A stretch of DNA of 64,000 nucleotides. It comes from a virus. Positions 44,701 through 53,427 of the stretch are shown one piece after another. The stretch is taken from IMG/VR virus record IMGVR_UViG_3300045747_000527, positions 32,001 to 96,000 of that record; one strand, written 5' to 3'. The notes under the pieces were generated by a model. That model did no database searches and was not told where the DNA came from. It saw nothing but the letters and a program-made list of their open reading frames with translations. The position numbers were made by a program, and so were the translations under genes. How positions within the stretch are numbered: position 1 is the stretch's first letter; each line of letters begins with the position of its first letter.

Positions 44701-47700
44701 CTACACGCCTGGAACGTTGCCGGATGCGTGCGCCGACAGGTTTCCGTTTGTATTGACTTCCCCGACATTGCCTACGGTGATGCCAGTGCTCAAATTGATG
44801 TTACCGTTGCCCACAGGCAGTGACACGTTGTGGGTAACATTCCCTACGTCAGCCACATTGCGTTCTGCGCCTACTCTGATCCCGTGACGAACAGCTGACG
44901 AGCCATCTCCGACCACTGGGTTTTGGCCAACAACCGTGTTTCCCATCACGCTTCCGTGCTGGTTCATGTCAATACCCACGAACGTGCTGTACCACCCCAC
45001 GCCACCAGAGCTGCCCAGCGTATTGTTGATTATGATCTGGTTGCCGTGGACAATAGAACTCCACACGTAAGGTGTTTGCGCCTGGATAGAGATACACGCT
45101 TGAAGTGTCGTGCGCCCCGTCGTAGATCCCTGAGGATCTATGATGTCGTTATGATTTACCTGGCAAATGCCGCTCACGAAGATACTGAACACGGATGAGT
45201 TGTCCCCGGCTCCACTGCAGCCGCAACTATCCAGAATGTTCCTCTCCACAAACACCCTTGCCTTCGGCGGTTCACCTGCTGTTGTCTCGCAGTAGATGAC
45301 GCTGAACACCCCACTCGTACTAAGCTGCCCGACGCCCACTACGTGGGTGAGGCGATTGCCGGAGATGGTGCCGTAACACGTTGACGGACCTCCGCTCACG
45401 GTTACGTAGATGCCACCACCAGGTATCGGAGTTGTGCCGTCCTCAGACCGGATCGTGTTGTCACAAATGTGGTAGTCCGTGCTGTCCACAAGGTAGATAG
45501 ACGACCACGACCCGCTAGAACCGCGTAAGATATTGCCCTCTACCCGAACTCCAGCGCTGGTTGATACGTACACTGTGTTGCTTGTGGTGTACGTGAACGC
45601 GTTCCCGCGCACCACTGTACTATTCGAGTCGCTGACACTGATGCCTGATGTCAGCGTATGACCTACGCCGCTCACGGAAATCGTGTTGCGTGTAAATGAA
45701 CACCCTGGGTGACTGGCCACACGCATAGAAACGCCACAGCTGGCGCTGTCGTTTGTCTGGGTGTTAGCATCCACATCGATAGCAAACGGACCTGCCCCGA
45801 TGTCTACTATGTACTGAGTACAGTTGAAGAAGTGGTTGCCCCTGATCGCACCGTGCGCAAACCCCAGGGCGCGTACCCCCGTCGCGCAAGCAGCTATCGT
45901 ATTGTCTGACACAGTAAAGTGCCCGCAGTTGTTCAAGACGATCCCGAAGGACATGACGTCTGAAGTATTGAACGTCTGCCTAATGTTGTTCCCGTAAATG
46001 ACTAGGTTAGAGTTGTCTGACTCAACCTGATCCATGTCGAACTTAATACTGGTGATGCAGCCGAGGAACACATTCCCACAGATCTCCGCCTTGGTACTTC
46101 CAATGCCACTCTCTCCTGAGCTGTGGGAACCGTTTGAGTTGTCTCCTGTGATAGCGGCACGCCCGGAGAAGATCACGTTCTTGAACGAATTATCTGCAAC
46201 CGTAAACTGGCCAGCCGCGGTGGAGCCTGGGTAGACAAGCGACAACCCTACCCCCGTGAAGTCATTGTGGGCGACCTCGAACATACCGTCCGTGCCATCC
46301 GCCGGCTCAATGCCCAAAGACAAAAAGGCGCCGCCGACTGTTCTGAAAACACAGCGTTGAATAGACCCGCCACCACCAAGAGTGTTTACCCAGCCCCCGC
46401 TGCCGCTGACCTCAGTAAACAGACAGTCCTCCAAGACGGTTTTGCCGCCTGGGTTAGAGATCGCCGTACTAGAGATCGATGAGAACTGGCAGTTGCGGCA
46501 CGTAAGCTGCGCGGCAGACGCTCCCTGCACTACCGCTGTACTGAAGTTGGACCCGAAAAGCACGCCAGCAAACGTACACTCAGATAAGTCTGACCCGCTA
46601 CCCAGGTGAGCCAACGCTCCTGCCGTCGTTGTGCCACTACCTGGGGAGAAAGCAACTCTCCGCACGTGTACTACGCTGCCGTTAGCTTCCAGCGATACAG
46701 AGTTAGCCCCAACAGCTCCACGAAGGAGCGCCTGTCCTTTGTACACTGACGAGACAGAGCCTGAGCCAACTCCTTCTCCAACGATCTCCCATGCGTATGG
46801 GGAGTTCACAGGAAGCGTCACTGTTCCGGCGATGGCGCTGACATCCGTCACTCCACGCAATACCAGCCTCGGTCGCCAACCATCGAGATTAGGAGAAGCC
46901 AGACACTGATACTGCGCGTGTACGTAGTTCACCGCTCGCTGCAAATCTGAGAAGTCACACTGGGCATCCGGGCCTACAAATACCTCGAACTTGCCGTTTA
47001 GGTGACGACCCTTAGTGCGCAGATCACTCTGATAGTTGAATACCCCAAAGGCAGAGCTGACGTTAGCCAAGGCAATGATCACCATATTCTCGGTGAGGTC
47101 ACTGCCGACGGTACTGGCCGAAATGTAGGTTAGCGCGGGCGTGAGATCATCGTGGCTGATCACCACGTAGTAGTCCTGGTCGTCCCATGGCAGCTGTACC
47201 ACGGGGTCGTTCGTGGTGATGAATGACTCGCCGTTGATGGTGTACCCGTTGCCTGTTGGAATCGTGACGGTTCCCTCCATCCCATCGAACACCAACTCTC
47301 CTACCTTATCCACCACACGATTCGGCATAGAGCAGTCCACCCCGCCTATAGCGGAGTTAAGTTTGCCCAAAATACTCACGTGTCCTGCAGGAGACGCTGG
47401 GCTCAGCTGTGTGCCGTAAATGGGCTCAGAAAACCAATTCAGGTAAGGCGCGCACACGTCACGAAACGCGAGTTGATTCTCATCGCCGTTGAGATCTGTT
47501 ACGTGCCGCAGGGAACGACCGCCCAGGTGGAGGTCCTGCAACATACGCCGAGTACCGTTCTGAAGAATGACCCCTGCTGGCACACCGGTCTTGTTGATCA
47601 TCACCTGCAGTAGAGCATCGGACGCCAAAGTCTCATAGTTACCCTTTGCCCCGAAGATGATATTTACCACCGTGGCGTTGGGTATCACGTAGTCCGCGAC

Positions 47701-48252
47701 AAGGATGTCTCCGGTAGGGGCGTCCACCAAGCTGAACCCTAAGCGCACCCCAGGAGTCGGAGGAGGATCTGGGGGAGCAGGCACGATTGGGTAGAAACCA
47801 GCAGTGTCACCCAGCTTGTACACTGTCCCCACGTCAGCCACATCTCGTACTGTCGTCACCCGAACTTCGCCACCAAGGACGGGGTCCTGAAGGGTAGCCC
47901 AACGGTCGCTCAGCACGGAGAACAGTCGCGGCATCCCCAAGGACTCAATGGGGTAACTCGGGAGGCCAACAAAGACAAACTCAGTCAAGTTGTAGTAGCT
48001 GGTGCCTGTCGAGACAAACGTCTTGACTCCGGGGACGGTCCTACTGCCGGCGTAATTCTTGTAGATGTAATCGATGTTTTCCGAAAGTGCCCAGACACCT
48101 CGGTTAGAGTTCTTGGACTTCCCATCCTCCCCCACAGCGATCAGTTTGCCGCCAGTCGTATCAGGAGTGTCATTGTGATCGATCTGGACATTGACTCCGT
48201 AGCCATGCCCAATCTGCCCAGAATCTATGCCATGTGGGTGTGGAAGAGCCAT
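44701..48252 (-). CDS. Tail fibre/spike with right-handed beta-helix (depolymerase-like) C-terminal half
   Basis: Repeated I.(G/D)N.(F/I) PbH1-type rungs; FSDLQRAV lead-in; downstream of baseplate genes. Confidence 0.75.
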   Translation of the reverse strand: MALPHPHGIDSGQIGHGYGVNVQIDHNDTPDTTGGKLIAVGEDGKSKNSNRGVWALSENIDYIYKNYAGSRTVPGVKTFVSTGTSYYNLTEFVFVGLPSYPIESLGMPRLFSVLSDRWATLQDPVLGGEVRVTTVRDVADVGTVYKLGDTAGFYPIVPAPPDPPPTPGVRLGFSLVDAPTGDILVADYVIPNATVVNIIFGAKGNYETLASDALLQVMINKTGVPAGVILQNGTRRMLQDLHLGGRSLRHVTDLNGDENQLAFRDVCAPYLNWFSEPIYGTQLSPASPAGHVSILGKLNSAIGGVDCSMPNRVVDKVGELVFDGMEGTVTIPTGNGYTINGESFITTNDPVVQLPWDDQDYYVVISHDDLTPALTYISASTVGSDLTENMVIIALANVSSAFGVFNYQSDLRTKGRHLNGKFEVFVGPDAQCDFSDLQRAVNYVHAQYQCLASPNLDGWRPRLVLRGVTDVSAIAGTVTLPVNSPYAWEIVGEGVGSGSVSSVYKGQALLRGAVGANSVSLEANGSVVHVRRVAFSPGSGTTTAGALAHLGSGSDLSECTFAGVLFGSNFSTAVVQGASAAQLTCRNCQFSSISSTAISNPGGKTVLEDCLFTEVSGSGGWVNTLGGGGSIQRCVFRTVGGAFLSLGIEPADGTDGMFEVAHNDFTGVGLSLVYPGSTAAGQFTVADNSFKNVIFSGRAAITGDNSNGSHSSGESGIGSTKAEICGNVFLGCITSIKFDMDQVESDNSNLVIYGNNIRQTFNTSDVMSFGIVLNNCGHFTVSDNTIAACATGVRALGFAHGAIRGNHFFNCTQYIVDIGAGPFAIDVDANTQTNDSASCGVSMRVASHPGCSFTRNTISVSGVGHTLTSGISVSDSNSTVVRGNAFTYTTSNTVYVSTSAGVRVEGNILRGSSGSWSSIYLVDSTDYHICDNTIRSEDGTTPIPGGGIYVTVSGGPSTCYGTISGNRLTHVVGVGQLSTSGVFSVIYCETTAGEPPKARVFVERNILDSCGCSGAGDNSSVFSIFVSGICQVNHNDIIDPQGSTTGRTTLQACISIQAQTPYVWSSIVHGNQIIINNTLGSSGGVGWYSTFVGIDMNQHGSVMGNTVVGQNPVVGDGSSAVRHGIRVGAERNVADVGNVTHNVSLPVGNGNINLSTGITVGNVGEVNTNGNLSAHASGNVPGV

Positions 48253-48261
48253 GTTGTACTC

Positions 48262-48972
48262 CTAGAACTTCAATTGCCAACGCACTTCCAAAGAAATGCT
48301 TGGCGTCTTAGTGATGGGGGAAAAGGTGTGATAGGCGATAGCCTGTTGCCTGCTGTTAGTGATGTACGCTGGAGGGCTACTGTAGTCGTACACCTGATCT
48401 GCAGTCCGCGTAGCAACCTGAGCCGACGTGAACATTGCAATCTCAGAGAGCGGTATGTTTGTGTACGTTCCCGCCAGATCAAGATCACCTGTGTCGTTAA
48501 ACAGCCACATAAACTCGATGCCTACCGAGGAAACGGAATCTCCAAAAAGAGAAGGGGTGTCGATGCTGATGACGCACGGCTGTAGCCAGGTACCAACAGC
48601 TGCCCCCCTACCGGGAGTTCCAGAGACCTTGATGGGCCGCTCAAGGCAGTGCACAGTGTTGTCTTCATCCGAGAACGTCTGCTGCCCTGGATAATCGTAG
48701 CCGAGAGTACCTAGGCCGGTGGGAATGGTGGCTGTCTGCAGCTCTCCTCCGATCCCAAACCCCGTGTACTTCACTACTCGGTTGTCGTCATGCGTCCAAC
48801 TGCCGTCGCGATTGGGCTTTATCGCCCAAGCCAGAAACTCTCGGCCGGGGAAGACCCACTGGTTATGGCCGTGCCTACAGAGACCGGGAACCTTCTTGCC
48901 GCGTTCTCGTGCCGTGATGAACACGTTCGAGGTAGCACCTATAGTGTCGCTGAGTAACATCGATTCCTCCAT
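48262..48972 (-). CDS. Baseplate/tail-fibre attachment protein
   Basis: HNQWVFPGREFLA...YTGFGIGG...LSEIAMF...KTPSISLEVRWQLKF, typical of gpH/gp8-type attachment proteins. Confidence 0.55.
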   Translation of the reverse strand: MEESMLLSDTIGATSNVFITARERGKKVPGLCRHGHNQWVFPGREFLAWAIKPNRDGSWTHDDNRVVKYTGFGIGGELQTATIPTGLGTLGYDYPGQQTFSDEDNTVHCLERPIKVSGTPGRGAAVGTWLQPCVISIDTPSLFGDSVSSVGIEFMWLFNDTGDLDLAGTYTNIPLSEIAMFTSAQVATRTADQVYDYSSPPAYITNSRQQAIAYHTFSPITKTPSISLEVRWQLKF

Positions 48973-49012
48973 GGATAGAATAGCAAGCCGGCACACATGA
49001 TGTACAGCATCG

Positions 49013-52000
49013 TCAAGAAATGAAGTAGTAGAACTGGACGCTTCCTGCCGTTGTCAAGTTCCAGGTGAATGTTCGCGCTCGCCAGGTAACGGCGAACCCC
49101 TGGCCTGTACAGGGTGTTGTCAGGCCTGAGAGGTCTAGCGCTGTGTACGTTCCCTGTGACTGCGACAACGGAACCCCGGTGACGATGCTGGTAGATGGCT
49201 GCGCCAGGAGATCTATTGACGCATAGTCTGCCGCCGACGGTCCCCGCACAGGAGCCCGCACGATCACCACTACGCGGGTCAAGGTGCCTGATCCCGGTAG
49301 TACGCGCAGAACAGTCGTCACATCTTGAGACGCTCCCAGCGCCTGTAGCCCAGCCAGAGCGATCAGGTCGGTGGGCAGAGTACTCGATAAAATGGAGACC
49401 TGTTGACGAGGGCAGAGGCCGTCATGGTCCCACACGAACGAGATGGGTGCCTCATCCAAATGGTGTCTTATGCGCCCAGCTCCGTCGTAGTCATCCCAAC
49501 GAAGCACGCCGCGTACCAGCGGGTCTATGCTCTGCACGACCTTTAGCTTGACCGTGGTAGCTACCAGATCTACTACCTCAATGTCGTCCGAAAGATCTTT
49601 CTGCAGAACAGTCATCACGTTCGTGTAGTGCGGCTTGACGTGCCTCACAAAATCTGCGGCGAACATGATGTGCAAAGGATCGAACGCATCCGCGTTACCC
49701 CTCAGCATGAACCTGAAGTACTTCTGCAGACCAGAGATTGTATTGTTCGCCGTAAACCCACTTCCCCAGCTCGGGCTGTTGACCCAGTCTAGGATTTCCA
49801 CGCCTCCGCACAATGGCGCGAACCTCTCCACTACATCGCCTACCTTGAACTGCGTTGGGCCGACAGACCGTGGGTAGAAGTAGCTGCGCACCAGGGTACT
49901 GTTCTTGTCCTGAATGAGCAGGCGACCCTCTTTCGTGCTGAAGAGGTCGTTGACCTCTACAACCGTACCAGCCTCTTCCGCGAAAGGCAGGCCAAGCAGA
50001 ATCTGCACGCCCACTCGCATACGGAAAACAGAGGGCCCACCCCAGTAGGCGTACCACAAACCCTGCACCGCGGACAGGTAGTCTAGGTTTGGCAGATCTT
50101 TCTTCCACTCCGTGAAAGACTTCTCCGATAGCGGAGGCACCAAGCTGCCGAAGTTAGCCTCGATGGCTGGGCTATTATCCAGGTGAGTCTGCTCTGCCCA
50201 ATATGAGTCAACCGGCGGGTCCTGCGCAGCAAACGTCCCATTCCTGAGCACGATAGCGTTGACGCTCACCCCATTCTGCTCTATCCGCTTGACCGAGTAA
50301 TCCTTACCCTCCTCCAGCACATCCCTGGGGTTAAGTACGTCAGCCTGTAGGCGGGGTACGCTCACTACGAGATCATCTACAGGAATACTCTGCGTCCGCA
50401 AAACTCCAGTGAAAATGGTCTCGTAGTTATCCCGGTAGCCGTTCCACTTGATAAGAAGCGGTCGTGGGTCAAAAGCAAGCTGCTTACCATGCGCGATATG
50501 CACTGGACAGTGAATATCGACTACGCCTCCAGTAGACAGATCTCGCACAGAGAACACAGCCAGATCGCTGCGCAGAACCCCTGCAGCGTAAAAATCCACA
50601 GTCTTGGAGACAACCACACTGGGGACAAACCAGAGTCCAAGCGAAGCAGGAGGCAGCTCCTGGGTTATCCTCATGCAGAGATTCGTGTGAACATACGGAT
50701 CTTCCTCATAGCTGATACAGGTAGCTGCAAAGTTACGCCAGCCTGTAGGACTCCCGTAAAAGTCAGTGCTCAAAACCCGCAGAGAACTGTCGAACACACT
50801 ACGCATACTCGCTTCAAACACAACCATAGAACCCGGAAGCACCACATCCTGAAGGCGCTCCACGTCCCGAGCCCACCAACCCACGTACGTGAGCTTCCCC
50901 ATGACTGTACTATCCGTAGTCCACACCCAAACATAGCCATCTCCCCACACCTCATTTTGCGGGTTCTCAAAGGCCAAAGTATTTGGGTGCCGCCTGCCCC
51001 ACTGGAGGGTCACTGCGGCTGAGCTGCTGGGGTCGCCAATCAGTGCCTGCACCAACCCAGTGTGCACAATCTGCGGCATGACCTGCCCTGTGGCACCTAT
51101 GCGCACAGAGGCCATCTCCGGATACCCAGCTGCCACTAGAGCCGCGTTAATTTGCTCAACTATAGCCTCCGTCCCCATGAGGGGATCGGGGTCACCTGAG
51201 TCAAACACCAGACTGACAAGGGGTCCCCCATCTATGATCAAATCCAGGCGTTGGCCCCCCACGGGCCACGGCTCTAGAGAAAAGCCGTCACCGAATAGCG
51301 GCCCACGACTAATACGAATATCGGTAGATGTGTCTGCCACCTTGAACGAATACGGAAGCCACCGACGCTGGAAGGTGCGTTGGATATCTTTCAGACTCTT
51401 GTTGTAGTCGATCTGCCAGGCAGTCAATAAGATGTTTGCCGCAGCCTGGGCAAAACCGGACCACGCGGTGGCTACCTTCTCCTTGTCATCCAGGAGATCC
51501 CAGAAGTTAGATAGATAACTCCACAGGTACGTTACGTCCGGAACTACCCCCAGGGCCAATGCCGTAGGCACTACGTTCACCAGCATCGTGACGGGCGCGC
51601 TAGACATAGACACCGGTGGTGCCGTGGATACCACCAGTTGTACCTCGAACAAACCCGCGACATCAGGAGCCGCGTACGTAACCTGTGCCTGTGGTTCGTA
51701 GATAAACGTCGCTGTATGATTGACCGTCCATGCCGTGTTAGACCATGTGATCGGAATAGTGTCCCCGTCCACCACGAGCTGATCGTCATTCCAACCGCCG
51801 GCGTAATTGCGGACCCACGCGCCGTCCATCTGTGCCCACCTAGTCGGGCTGACCGTGTACGCGTAGGACTGCATGACACCCTGGGCGTCCCGCGCAGAGA
51901 GCACCAGGGTATCGCCCGGTTTCAGCAGTGGCGCGTTGGCTGCGCTAAACAACGATGCCCCTGGTAGCGCGGAAAACACAGGAGTGAATGGGTCGCCATC

Positions 52001-53011
52001 TTCATCGTCAATTGCGTGACCACTGTAATCATAGATCTTAAACCGGCTACCATCTGGGGCCAGCACCAGGGACCACTGGTACCGAAGGTTAGCGTCCGTG
52101 CTGTTCGGTCGATCACGAAAGGCGAGACTGGCAGAGGCATCCAGAAGAGTGGGCTCTCCGAGGAGGTCCGTTCTGTCAGGGCCCGGCACAGCCAACGGGT
52201 ATTCTACTGGGATGATGGGGACCACACGGTAGCAATCTGCCTGCACGTCAAATATTGAGAGACTCAACGGCGTGACTGCCTGACCCACGAACTCCAGCAC
52301 CGCTCCATTGCCGTACCCGTCTGGTGTATCGGGGGCAAGGGCCGTAAACAGAATTCCGGACTCCCCAATACTCTCTGTAGAGTAAGACAGCGTAGCTACG
52401 TTATTCTCGTCTACGGTCAAGCACAGCGTTGTGTCGTGCCCCACGCAAGCTTGAATACCCGCCGTGCCAGGTATGGGAACGACCCCAGAACTACTGAGCG
52501 CACCACCCCCAGGTACGCCTGGGCTACCCCAAGCGTCGCCGCCGTTGATCACCTCGCCAGAACTTCCACTCCAGGCGTCCCCACCGTCAATTACCTCGCT
52601 AGAACTTCCACTCCAAGCGTCGCCGCCATCGATCACCTGCTCCGGTGCTACTGCTCGGTCTACCAGAGCCACACCCTGCATGGACACCAGTACACCGAAG
52701 CACTTGCCCCCAGTACGGTACACCCCGAGGAAAAACCGATTGGCGGCCGGGTTGTTCAAATCTGCAGGCAGAGAGGCGGTGTTGAACCTAACCTGGAACG
52801 TGAATTTTGATCCTACAGGAAGGTCAAATTCCAAGTCGGCTACAGTGCCGTCATCACTCAGCACGTTCAGCCGGTCAGGAGACCCGTGCGCGGCCACAAC
52901 ACGCCCGGAGGAGGACACCTCTGCACAATCCAGCAGCGTATAGATACTCGTAGCACCCGCGTCTAGACAACGATAACTATCAGAAACAGGTACGTGTTGT
53001 AGATCAGCCAT
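49013..53011 (-). CDS. Large baseplate wedge protein with PKD/REJ-like domain
   Basis: PGPDRT...LDASAS...YQWSL; VQGLWYAYWGGPS...VQILLGLP; FVRHVKPHYT (gpI/gp7-like). Confidence 0.65.
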   Translation of the reverse strand: MADLQHVPVSDSYRCLDAGATSIYTLLDCAEVSSSGRVVAAHGSPDRLNVLSDDGTVADLEFDLPVGSKFTFQVRFNTASLPADLNNPAANRFFLGVYRTGGKCFGVLVSMQGVALVDRAVAPEQVIDGGDAWSGSSSEVIDGGDAWSGSSGEVINGGDAWGSPGVPGGGALSSSGVVPIPGTAGIQACVGHDTTLCLTVDENNVATLSYSTESIGESGILFTALAPDTPDGYGNGAVLEFVGQAVTPLSLSIFDVQADCYRVVPIIPVEYPLAVPGPDRTDLLGEPTLLDASASLAFRDRPNSTDANLRYQWSLVLAPDGSRFKIYDYSGHAIDDEDGDPFTPVFSALPGASLFSAANAPLLKPGDTLVLSARDAQGVMQSYAYTVSPTRWAQMDGAWVRNYAGGWNDDQLVVDGDTIPITWSNTAWTVNHTATFIYEPQAQVTYAAPDVAGLFEVQLVVSTAPPVSMSSAPVTMLVNVVPTALALGVVPDVTYLWSYLSNFWDLLDDKEKVATAWSGFAQAAANILLTAWQIDYNKSLKDIQRTFQRRWLPYSFKVADTSTDIRISRGPLFGDGFSLEPWPVGGQRLDLIIDGGPLVSLVFDSGDPDPLMGTEAIVEQINAALVAAGYPEMASVRIGATGQVMPQIVHTGLVQALIGDPSSSAAVTLQWGRRHPNTLAFENPQNEVWGDGYVWVWTTDSTVMGKLTYVGWWARDVERLQDVVLPGSMVVFEASMRSVFDSSLRVLSTDFYGSPTGWRNFAATCISYEEDPYVHTNLCMRITQELPPASLGLWFVPSVVVSKTVDFYAAGVLRSDLAVFSVRDLSTGGVVDIHCPVHIAHGKQLAFDPRPLLIKWNGYRDNYETIFTGVLRTQSIPVDDLVVSVPRLQADVLNPRDVLEEGKDYSVKRIEQNGVSVNAIVLRNGTFAAQDPPVDSYWAEQTHLDNSPAIEANFGSLVPPLSEKSFTEWKKDLPNLDYLSAVQGLWYAYWGGPSVFRMRVGVQILLGLPFAEEAGTVVEVNDLFSTKEGRLLIQDKNSTLVRSYFYPRSVGPTQFKVGDVVERFAPLCGGVEILDWVNSPSWGSGFTANNTISGLQKYFRFMLRGNADAFDPLHIMFAADFVRHVKPHYTNVMTVLQKDLSDDIEVVDLVATTVKLKVVQSIDPLVRGVLRWDDYDGAGRIRHHLDEAPISFVWDHDGLCPRQQVSILSSTLPTDLIALAGLQALGASQDVTTVLRVLPGSGTLTRVVVIVRAPVRGPSAADYASIDLLAQPSTSIVTGVPLSQSQGTYTALDLSGLTTPCTGQGFAVTWRARTFTWNLTTAGSVQFYYFIS
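52529..52638. repeat. Three ~42-nt tandem repeats encoding VI(D/N)GGDAWSGSS(S/G)E
   Basis: Seen directly in the DNA and in the 1332-aa translation. Confidence 0.85.
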
Positions 53012-53027
53012 GGTCTGCCCTTACCAA

Positions 53028-53077
53028 ATCTGACACGCTACGGCTACAGTGGTAGTAGCCGAAACGCGTCATGATCT
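53028..53077. repeat. Palindromic site B (inverted copy of 817-866)
   Basis: TGACACGCTA CGGCTAC [AGTGGTA] GTAGCCG AAACGCGTCA TGATCT. Confidence 0.9.
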
Positions 53078-53427
53078 TGCTATTTTGCGAAGAAGAGAAT
53101 ACGCTACCAAGCATGCAACTGATATGCATGGACCCAGACGAGATCTCAAAGTTACTAGAGGGCCACACGAACATTGTGACCCCCATGGCAGAGAAACGCG
53201 AAGCCTTCTACAAGAGCCAGCAGTGCCCCAACTGCGAGAGCACGTCCCTTACGAGGAGCACGAACAGTCGTATCGCATTCCGGGGCGACGATCCTCTTGC
53301 CCGGTACGTTATGACCTGCCAAGACTGTGATTGCGTTTTCGATCCTCACTCGAACCTCGTACTTGAGATGGGAAACCGTGCCAAACTGAAGTCAGCAATA
53401 CCCCTGCTATCGGGGCCCGAAGACTAG
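53071..53427 (+). CDS. Small Zn-finger protein, antisense within the baseplate cluster
   Basis: CPNC...CQDCDC; first ATG overlaps palindromic site B; true start may be downstream. Confidence 0.6.
   Translation: MILLFCEEENTLPSMQLICMDPDEISKLLEGHTNIVTPMAEKREAFYKSQQCPNCESTSLTRSTNSRIAFRGDDPLARYVMTCQDCDCVFDPHSNLVLEMGNRAKLKSAIPLLSGPED

Noticed and set aside
41962-48252. Mtd_N-like domain suggesting a diversity-generating retroelement
   Set aside because: No reverse transcriptase and no template/variable repeat pair found in the window.
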